Shown one piece after another: positions 24,088 through 30,000 of a stretch of 30,000 bases of DNA; position 1 is the stretch's first letter, and each line of letters opens with the position of its first letter. The notes beneath the pieces are model-generated. The model searched no databases, was not told where the DNA came from, and saw nothing but the letters and a program-made list of their open reading frames with translations. The DNA is from Acerihabitans sp. (lineage in GTDB: Bacteria > Pseudomonadota > Gammaproteobacteria > Enterobacterales > Enterobacteriaceae). The DNA is taken from positions 21,637-51,636 of the forward strand of contig NZ_DASWOM010000011.1 of assembly GCF_036398755.1 (NCBI RefSeq), written 5' to 3'. Made by a program: the position numbers and the translations under genes.

Positions 24088-25398
24088 ATGACCGAATACG
24101 GCAGTGAAACTTTACCCGTGGCTGAAAAAAAGGTGCAGGTAAAACCCATCATTCAGGTGGGGGCGGGCAACGCGCTCGAAATATATGATTTTATGATCTA
24201 TGGGTATTATGCCCGTTATATATCCCAGGCATATTTTCCTTCAGATAATGAATATACTTCACTTATGCTAACGCTGATGACCTTTGCGCTGGGTTTCTTT
24301 GCCCGGCCATTCGGGGCGATTATATTAGGATCCTATACCGATCGGCATGGACGAAGAAAAGGCTTGGTTTTATCGCTGTTTTTAATGTCGCTCGGGATCC
24401 TGTGTATTGCCCTCACGCCGACCTATGCCGCCATAGGCGTGGCCGCGCCGATTATTGTACTGTTAGGCCGGCTGCTGCAAGGGTTCTCCGCCGGTGCTGA
24501 ATTAGGTGGCGTGGTGGTCTATTTAGCCGAAATATCACCGCCCCATCGCCGGGCTTTTTATACCTGCTGGCAGGTGGGTTCGCAGCAGTTTGCCGTCATG
24601 ACGGCGTCGATTGTAGGCCTGGTCCTGCTTTATGCCATGCCGACCGCGCAACTGCACGACTGGGGCTGGCGTATCCCCTTGCTCATTGGCTGCGCCGTTA
24701 TTCCGCTGATGTTCTGGTTACGTTCAAATCTCCAGGAAACCGCGGTTTTCGCCAAGAAAAAAAGAACGCCGACGGTAAAGGAAATTTGCTCTAGCCTGAC
24801 CACCGGATGGCGCACCATAGTGACCTGTATGGGCATGGTGGCCATGGCGACCGTTACCGCGCAAACTGTTACCACCTATGCGCCAACCTATATCAAAAGC
24901 CTTAACCTGGGGGAAAACGTGGGTTTTATTACGTTATTCTTCGTTGGTTTGTCTATTTTATTCTGGTTGCCCATCACCGCGTCTATCGCCGATCGCGTCA
25001 ACCGGCGCACGATGATGATAATAGTGACGCTGCTGGCCGCCGTCACCGCTTATCCTCTTCTATCATGGCTTTCAGCGGAACCCACCATCCTTAAGTTTGT
25101 GGTGTTCGAGCTGTGGTTCTCATTTATTTACGCCTGCTATAGCTCGGTACAGGTCGCCGCCATGGTGGAAATGGTGCCGGCGCATGCCCGCACCGCGGGT
25201 TATTCCTTTGCGCAGGCGGTAGCCGCCGCCGTCCTGGGCGGGTTGACCCCGGCCATTTACACCTGGCTGAACCATGCTTTCAACAGCAATGCGATGGTCG
25301 GGGTCTGGCTTGGTTTCAACGCGCTGCTGAGCCTTATCGCCGTATTGACGCTTGACCATAAACAAACAAAGATAAATCAATTCGTTGAATTGCATTGA
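24088..25398 (+). CDS. MFS transporter, metabolite:H+ symporter (MHS) family, citrate/tricarballylate (CitA/TcuC)-like
   Basis: YDFMIYGYYARYISQAYFP...SLMLTLMTFALGFFARPFGAIILGSYTDRHGRRKGL resembles the CitA/KgtP-type signature. I prefer ATG 24088, preceded by AGGAG. The track start is 24055. Confidence 0.85.
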   Translation: MTEYGSETLPVAEKKVQVKPIIQVGAGNALEIYDFMIYGYYARYISQAYFPSDNEYTSLMLTLMTFALGFFARPFGAIILGSYTDRHGRRKGLVLSLFLMSLGILCIALTPTYAAIGVAAPIIVLLGRLLQGFSAGAELGGVVVYLAEISPPHRRAFYTCWQVGSQQFAVMTASIVGLVLLYAMPTAQLHDWGWRIPLLIGCAVIPLMFWLRSNLQETAVFAKKKRTPTVKEICSSLTTGWRTIVTCMGMVAMATVTAQTVTTYAPTYIKSLNLGENVGFITLFFVGLSILFWLPITASIADRVNRRTMMIIVTLLAAVTAYPLLSWLSAEPTILKFVVFELWFSFIYACYSSVQVAAMVEMVPAHARTAGYSFAQAVAAAVLGGLTPAIYTWLNHAFNSNAMVGVWLGFNALLSLIAVLTLDHKQTKINQFVELH

Positions 25399-25467
25399 AT
25401 GTGCTCGCCGCGCTAGGGCGCGCGGAGATGGCACGCGTAAGGTTTTAATTCATCCGGTAGGTATTAT

Positions 25468-26430
25468 ATGAAAATAGTTATTTTAGATGGCGGCGTGCTC
25501 AATCCCGGCGATCTTTCATGGACGCGGCTTGAGCAGTTGGGAGAGATACAGGTTTATGAAAATTCGGCGCCGGAGGAGGTGGTGGAACGCATAGGCCGTG
25601 CGGAGATCGCTATCGTCAATAAGGTGTCTTTGGGCCGGAAAGAATTTGAGCGCTGTCCTGAGCTCAGGTTTATCGGCGTTACGGCGACCGGTTATAATAA
25701 CATCGATCTTGCCGCCGCCGGAAACCAGGGTATCGCCGTGGCCAATGTTCCCACCTACGGCACGGTTACCGTGGCGCAATTTACCACTTCGCTGATGCTC
25801 GAACTCTGTAATCACGTGGGTGAACACGCGCTTGACGTCCGCGCCGGCGGCTGGAGCCGAAAAACCGACTTTTGCTATTGGCTGAAACCAATGATCGAGG
25901 TCGCCGATAAAAGCGTCGGCATTATCGGCTTCGGCCGCATTGGCCAGGCGTTCGGCATGGTTGCCCAGGCGCTCGGGATGAAGGTCCTGGCCTATGATGA
26001 GCATCGCGACCTGTCGCTGGAAAATGAGCGGGTCCGATATGTCGATTTGGACACTCTGTATGCGCAAGCGGATATCATCAGCCTGCACTGTTTATTGACC
26101 GGCAAAACGCAGGGCATGATTAACGCCGCCGCCATCGGCAAAATGAAAAAATCGGTGTTGATCCTGAACGCCTCACGGGGCGACCTGGTCAATGAAGCGG
26201 ATTTGGCCGCGGCGTTAAACAGCGGCCGCGTCGCCGGCGCGGCGGTGGATGTGCTATCGCAGGAGCCGCCGTCGCCGGATAATCCGCTGCTGTCCGCCAG
26301 GAACTGCCTGGTTACGCCGCATATTGCCTGGGCTTCGGTCGAGGCGCGCGGGCGGATTCTCGCCATCACCGCCGACAACGTCAAGGCGTTTATCAACGGT
26401 CACCCGCAAAATCGGGTTGATACTCTCTAA
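25468..26430 (+). CDS. D-isomer-specific 2-hydroxyacid dehydrogenase, glycerate dehydrogenase/hydroxypyruvate reductase (HprA)-like
   Basis: 320 aa. NAD fold GIIGFGRIGQAFG. Candidate catalytic Arg (NASRG), Glu (DVLSQEPP) and His (TPHIAWAS). The overall pattern (MKIVILD..., FCYW, SLHCLLT) resembles HprA-type enzymes. Confidence 0.85.
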   Translation: MKIVILDGGVLNPGDLSWTRLEQLGEIQVYENSAPEEVVERIGRAEIAIVNKVSLGRKEFERCPELRFIGVTATGYNNIDLAAAGNQGIAVANVPTYGTVTVAQFTTSLMLELCNHVGEHALDVRAGGWSRKTDFCYWLKPMIEVADKSVGIIGFGRIGQAFGMVAQALGMKVLAYDEHRDLSLENERVRYVDLDTLYAQADIISLHCLLTGKTQGMINAAAIGKMKKSVLILNASRGDLVNEADLAAALNSGRVAGAAVDVLSQEPPSPDNPLLSARNCLVTPHIAWASVEARGRILAITADNVKAFINGHPQNRVDTL

Positions 26431-26458
26431 CAGCACATGGGGTATTGAAAACAGCATA

Positions 26459-27241
26459 ATGGAAAATTCAATTACCAACGCGGCGGATGTGATTCGCGCG
26501 GCATGGGAAAATGGCAAAGCCGGGCAACCCATCCGCGCTGCTTTCAGTGATGACGATACCGTCAGCGGATATAGGATCCAGGAATACAATGATACCCTTT
26601 GGCAGGCGCAAGGGCGCCGGCGGGTCGGCCGCAAGCTGGCGTTGACCAATAAAGCCGTGCAGCGGCAATTCGGCATGTCCCGGCCCTGCCATGGGAATAT
26701 CTATGCCGACATGGTATTGGTGGAAGGAACCGAAATCACCAGGCGGGCCTCCTCCGAGCAGCGCGTCGAAACTGAAATAGCGGTGGTGCTTAAAAAAGAC
26801 CTGACGCAGACCACTCATACCATCCTGGATATTATCGACGCCTGCGATTATATATTGCCCGCCTTTGAAATTGTGGATAGCCGCTTTATCGGCTGGAATG
26901 TCAGGTCCTGTGATTTTATCGCCGATAATACCTCCGCCTGCCTGGTGGTTTTTGGCACCAAACCGGTCAGGTTGTCTGATTTTGATATGACGCGCAGCCT
27001 GATGACCACCAAAAGAGGTGATGAGGTGGTCTCTGTAGGCGCCGCGGCGGCGTGCCTGGGCCATCCCTTGCACGCCCTCAAATGGCTTGCCGATGAACTT
27101 GTTCGCGCCGGGAATCCGCTCAGGGCGGGGGAATTCGTCATCACCGGCGCGCTGGGGCCGGCGGTCGCCGCCGCGCCCGGCGATACGTTTACCGCCGAGA
27201 TCACCGGCCTGGGTTCGGTTACCACGGTTTTTGCTCGATAA
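26459..27241 (+). CDS. 2-oxopent-4-enoate / 2-oxohept-3-enedioate hydratase family protein (MhpD/HpcG/XylI class, FAH fold)
   Basis: The family pattern is present: YRIQE, GRKLALTNKAVQRQFG, ETEIAVVLKKDL, FEIVDSRF..W, IADNTSA, LGHPLHALKWLADEL..AG.PLRAGEFVITGAL. ATG 26459 is the first in-frame start after the upstream gene's stop. The RBS is weak. Confidence 0.8.
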   Translation: MENSITNAADVIRAAWENGKAGQPIRAAFSDDDTVSGYRIQEYNDTLWQAQGRRRVGRKLALTNKAVQRQFGMSRPCHGNIYADMVLVEGTEITRRASSEQRVETEIAVVLKKDLTQTTHTILDIIDACDYILPAFEIVDSRFIGWNVRSCDFIADNTSACLVVFGTKPVRLSDFDMTRSLMTTKRGDEVVSVGAAAACLGHPLHALKWLADELVRAGNPLRAGEFVITGALGPAVAAAPGDTFTAEITGLGSVTTVFAR

Positions 27242-27277
27242 TCAGCAAAATCTCTCGCCAGAATGGCAGGATAAATC

Positions 27278-28057
27278 ATGACACGACAGCGTGAACTGCA
27301 GCAGAATCATTTTAAGCATGCGATTAAACAGGGGCAGGTTCAACTGGGTTTGTGGACGCAGCTGGGCAGCGCTATTGCCGCGGAAATCCTCTCCGGCTGC
27401 GGCTACGATTTCATGGGTTTGGACGCGGAGCATGGCCCCAGCGAGTATATGGATATCTATGCCCAACTGCAGGCCTGCGCCGCCGGCGGCCCGACACAGC
27501 CGGTGGTCCGGCTGCCCAACCAGGATATCTCGCTGATAAAACGCTATCTCGACGCCGGGGCGAATACGCTGATGGTGCCGCAGGTGGATACCCCGGAACA
27601 GGCCGAAACGCTCGTCTCGGCGGTGCGCTATCCGCCCCGGGGCATTCGTGGTTATTGCGGCGCGCCCAGGGCGTCAAACTTCGGCAGGATAAAAAATTAC
27701 GCCGCCGTCTGCGAACGCGAAATTTGCCTGATCGTGATGCCGGAGACCATCACTGCCCTTGATAACCTTGAAAAAATGGCTGCGATTGACGGCATCGACG
27801 GCTTTTTTATCGGCCCGGGGGATTTGGCCGCCAGTCTGGGATATATCGGCCAGCCCATGCATCCGGAGGTCATCAAGACCATTGAAGAGAGCGGCAGACG
27901 AATTAAGGCCGCGGGTAAAGCCGCCGGCATTCTGTGTACCGATGAACAGCAAACGCGGCGCTATATTGAAGTGGGTTTTCAGATTATCGCGATCGGATCG
28001 GATCAGGGGCTGTTAACCCAAGGCGCTGAAAACCTGTTGGCAAAATTTCGGCAATAA
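27278..28057 (+). CDS. HpcH/HpaI/GarL-family class II 2-keto-3-deoxy-acid aldolase
   Basis: 259 aa, collinear with E. coli GarL as I recall it: GLW..., DAEHGP, PVVRLP, YPPRGIRG, DGFFIGPGDLAASLG, AIGSD. AGGA RBS 6 nt upstream of the ATG. Confidence 0.88.
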   Translation: MTRQRELQQNHFKHAIKQGQVQLGLWTQLGSAIAAEILSGCGYDFMGLDAEHGPSEYMDIYAQLQACAAGGPTQPVVRLPNQDISLIKRYLDAGANTLMVPQVDTPEQAETLVSAVRYPPRGIRGYCGAPRASNFGRIKNYAAVCEREICLIVMPETITALDNLEKMAAIDGIDGFFIGPGDLAASLGYIGQPMHPEVIKTIEESGRRIKAAGKAAGILCTDEQQTRRYIEVGFQIIAIGSDQGLLTQGAENLLAKFRQ

Positions 28058-28105
28058 GCAGGGTCAACGAATCAGGTGGTTTTTTGCTCTAATGGCGGTA
28101 TGTTT

Positions 28106-28138
28106 GGATGCGTATATTACCTACGCATCCGTTTTTTT
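28106..28138 (+). terminator. Rho-independent terminator of the kinase...aldolase operon
   Basis: Perfect 9-bp stem GGATGCGTA/TACGCATCC (28106-28114 and 28122-28130) with a 7-nt loop, followed by G plus T7 (28132-28138). It lies 49 nt after the aldolase stop. Confidence 0.85.
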
Positions 28139-28145
28139 ATCCAGG

Positions 28146-29258
28146 TTACCGTTCTGACCGGTTCACGCCGGTTGAATCGCCAAGCGCCAGCCGTGGCGTA
28201 AATAGCTGGTTTTCTGTCGAGCGGATAAATTCATCATGGGTTAAAGTCAATTCGCTGTCCATGATGTGGCGAATCATATCCACGCAGGCGTCAGTCACTT
28301 CTTTTTCCGGTAGCACGACCGTCGTGAGCTGCATATCCAGCAAACTTCCCCAGGGCACCAGGCCATAGGCCACCACGGAAAGATCCTGCGGAATGCGAAC
28401 GCGCAGCGCTTTGGCGGCGGTCAACATGCCCATGGCGTAACGCGGGCTGCCCAGCACCAGCGCGCTTGGCGCGTGGTCCACGCTCATGATCCGTTTAAAG
28501 GCGGCGGTGCCGAACTCGGCCTGCGGCGGTCCGATATGGATAATATCCTTGAGCGCCGCCTGCTCCGCACTCGAGAAATGCTGTAAAAACCCCTGCAATC
28601 GTTCAAAGCCGGTGCTCAGGTCGGTGGATGACCCTATATAGCCAATCCGGGTATGGCCGAGTCTGCGCAAATGCACGGTGGCGAGACTGATGCCATAACG
28701 ATCGTCAATCGCGATAAGCGGCGCCTGGATGCCGTCATGGCGGCGGAGCAGCTGCACCGCATGGGTACGGGTGATAAGCTCCCGCGTTTCGGGCAGGGGA
28801 TTTGCCGAGGGCGCAATAATAATGCCATCCACGCTTGCGGCCATCATCCGGCGCAAAACGTGATATTCCGTATCAGGGTGATCTTCGGTAATGGCCAGGA
28901 TCATTTGCCACGATCGTTTACCCGCCTCGCGGGCGATGGCATTGGTTACGGAAATAAAAAAGTCGTTCTGGATATCGGGAATAATGACCCCAAAAGCGCC
29001 GCTTGTCGCATTACGCAATGCCTGCGCGGCGCTGTTGGGAATATAGCCATATTTTTTTGCAGCCTGTAGCACGCTTTCTCGGGTGGATTGACTGATTGCC
29101 GGGTGACCGTTTAAGGCACGGGAAACCGTGGAATGAGACAATCCCAAAATAGCAGCCAATTTCTTTATCGTCACCGAGCTACCTTTAATTCGGCCAGGTC
29201 CTGGTTTCCCTAACTTATGTATAGTATTAAAATACTTAATAATATTACCATCAGTCAC
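28146..29258 (-). CDS. LacI/GalR-family transcriptional regulator
   Basis: HTH segment VTIKKLAAILGLSHSTVSRALNGHPAISQSTRESVLQAAKKYGYIPNSAAQALR followed by a periplasmic-binding-fold effector domain. GTG 29258 has GAGGG 7 nt upstream. An alternative GTG at 29174 (AAAGG 7 nt upstream) would give the canonical LacI N-terminus. Confidence 0.88.
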   Translation of the reverse strand: MTDGNIIKYFNTIHKLGKPGPGRIKGSSVTIKKLAAILGLSHSTVSRALNGHPAISQSTRESVLQAAKKYGYIPNSAAQALRNATSGAFGVIIPDIQNDFFISVTNAIAREAGKRSWQMILAITEDHPDTEYHVLRRMMAASVDGIIIAPSANPLPETRELITRTHAVQLLRRHDGIQAPLIAIDDRYGISLATVHLRRLGHTRIGYIGSSTDLSTGFERLQGFLQHFSSAEQAALKDIIHIGPPQAEFGTAAFKRIMSVDHAPSALVLGSPRYAMGMLTAAKALRVRIPQDLSVVAYGLVPWGSLLDMQLTTVVLPEKEVTDACVDMIRHIMDSELTLTHDEFIRSTENQLFTPRLALGDSTGVNRSER

Positions 29259-29426
29259 ACTGAAACCCTCTGTGCCGACTTTATCATAACCGGTATGCGG
29301 CTAACAGCGACATAGGTCCGGAACCCCAACCATAATTCGCGGCAATCTTCCGCTTTTTAGTCAATGTACGCCGCCCGGCCCTCGGGCACACCGCTATCAA
29401 CACCGCATACCCGGCATTATCGGTGC

Positions 29427-29455
29427 TTGACAGGTAATCTACCAACTAGTAGGAT
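29427..29455 (+). promoter_or_regulatory. Candidate sigma70 promoter for the terminal membrane-protein gene
   Basis: TTGACA (29427-29432), a 17-nt spacer, then TAGGAT (29450-29455), about 80 nt upstream of ATG 29536. Confidence 0.35.
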
Positions 29456-29535
29456 GACAAGCGTTGTAACCCAAACCGCAATGGCGCGATTGAATCATTG
29501 CCAACAACCTAATTTATTGATTAACAGGAAAAAAT

Positions 29536-30000
29536 ATGACGGATATTCATTTTAAACAGCCCAGTCCGGCCCAGGGAAACCAGTGGCTTAAACCTTATTA
29601 TTTCACGCGCGCCATTGTTTCAATCCTATGGGTAGCGGCAGCGTTCACCGTCGGCACCCATATTCCCGCGGTCGCCGCCGGATTGCTGGTTATCTATCCC
29701 GCCTGGGACGCCGTGGCCAATTTCGTGGATTCACAACGAAACGGCGGACTGAAGCGAAATCCGACCCAGGCGCTCAACGTGGTCGTCAGCGCACTGACGA
29801 CGGCGGCCGTGGCGTTCGCGCTCGGGATGGGCATGAACCTGGTGCTGGCCGTTTTCGGCCTGTGGGCGGCGCTGTCCGGCCTGTTCCAACTGGCGACGGG
29901 CGTTCGCCGCTGGAAACGGTATGGCGCGCAATGGGCCATGATACTCAGCGGCGCGCAATCGGCGCTGGCGGGCGTCTTTTTTATCAGACAGGCAAGCGGC
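29536..30000 (+). CDS. Integral membrane protein, 3'-truncated by the window edge (possibly DUF308/HdeD-like)
   Basis: This ORF is not in the supplied track because it has no stop. ATG 29536 is preceded by AGGA. I hand-translated 155 open codons to the window end: MTDIHFKQPSPAQGNQWLKPYYFTRAIVSILWVAAAFTVG...WAMILSGAQSALAGVFFIRQASG. There are several hydrophobic helices and GC-rich third positions. Confidence 0.6.
   Translation, partial: MTDIHFKQPSPAQGNQWLKPYYFTRAIVSILWVAAAFTVGTHIPAVAAGLLVIYPAWDAVANFVDSQRNGGLKRNPTQALNVVVSALTTAAVAFALGMGMNLVLAVFGLWAALSGLFQLATGVRRWKRYGAQWAMILSGAQSALAGVFFIRQASG

Noticed and set aside
26249-26458. A 70-codon upstream extension of the hydratase ORF that overlaps the 3' end of the dehydrogenase gene.
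   Set aside because: The extension is Arg/Pro-rich out-of-frame sequence of the dehydrogenase gene. The family-typical hydratase sequence begins at MENSITNAAD (ATG 26459).
2173-27073. Many long ORFs antisense to or out of frame with the called genes, for example 7594..8142(-), 11521..12156(-), 15564..16178(-), 20262..20873(-), 20795..21337(-) and 26468..27073(-).
   Set aside because: They lie entirely within better-supported genes in GC-rich DNA, where stop codons are rare. Their translations are Arg/Pro/Gly/Ala-rich low-complexity strings with no recognisable motifs and no RBS context. They are typical shadow ORFs.
29290-29411. A 9-bp inverted repeat, GGTATGCGG / CCGCATACC, about 105 bp apart upstream of the LacI-family gene.
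   Set aside because: By a rough estimate, more than ten such 9-mers within 150 bp are expected by chance in this window. They have no positional relationship to a promoter.
1-30000. CRISPR arrays, tandem repeats, IS elements or transposases, integrases, phage genes, toxin-antitoxin or defence-system genes, and tRNA/rRNA genes.
   Set aside because: No repeat-spacer periodicity, terminal inverted repeats, recombinase-like ORFs or tRNA T-loop/acceptor patterns were seen in any intergenic gap. Every large ORF has a metabolic, transport or regulatory assignment.

Overview
The window is a gene-dense bacterial chromosomal segment, probably proteobacterial: the PdxK, MetC-like, GarL/HpcH-like and YdiF-like products follow the motif order of the E. 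coli proteins as I recall them. I call 28 protein-coding genes, one of which (at the 3' edge) is missing from the supplied ORF track. I found no rRNA, tRNA, CRISPR array, transposase or integrase.

The content is almost entirely accessory metabolism, arranged in modules:
- A (3-2002): an amino-acid ABC permease and an enolase-superfamily sugar-acid dehydratase.
- B (2048-8337): a tctCBA tripartite tricarboxylate-type importer co-transcribed with a cysteine-dioxygenase-family thiol dioxygenase and a MetC-like C-S beta-lyase. A short MetE-like Zn thiol methyltransferase is transcribed divergently.
- C (8539-12144): a NitT/TauT-type ABC transporter split over two divergent transcripts. Its ATPase gene is translationally coupled to an OsmC-like gene.
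- D (12198-18102): a GntR/FCD regulator divergent from an operon encoding an FAD oxidoreductase, an atypical crotonase, a YdiF-type CoA-transferase and an ACS-family MFS transporter.
- E (18176-21174): an AraC/cupin regulator, pdxK and a ketopantoate-reductase-family gene.
- F (about 21300-29258): a visibly lower-GC islet ending in a LacI-family regulator gene.

Module F is my best candidate for an undescribed system. It encodes a methylthioribose-kinase-like (APH-fold) kinase translationally coupled to a divergent enolase paralogue with two altered active-site positions. These are followed by a citrate/tricarballylate-type MHS transporter, an HprA-like glycerate dehydrogenase, an MhpD/HpcG-type hydratase and a GarL/HpcH-type aldolase. 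A perfect 16-bp CG-centred palindrome overlaps a near-consensus promoter upstream of the kinase gene.

All functional calls rest on motif recognition by eye. No database search or computation was run.
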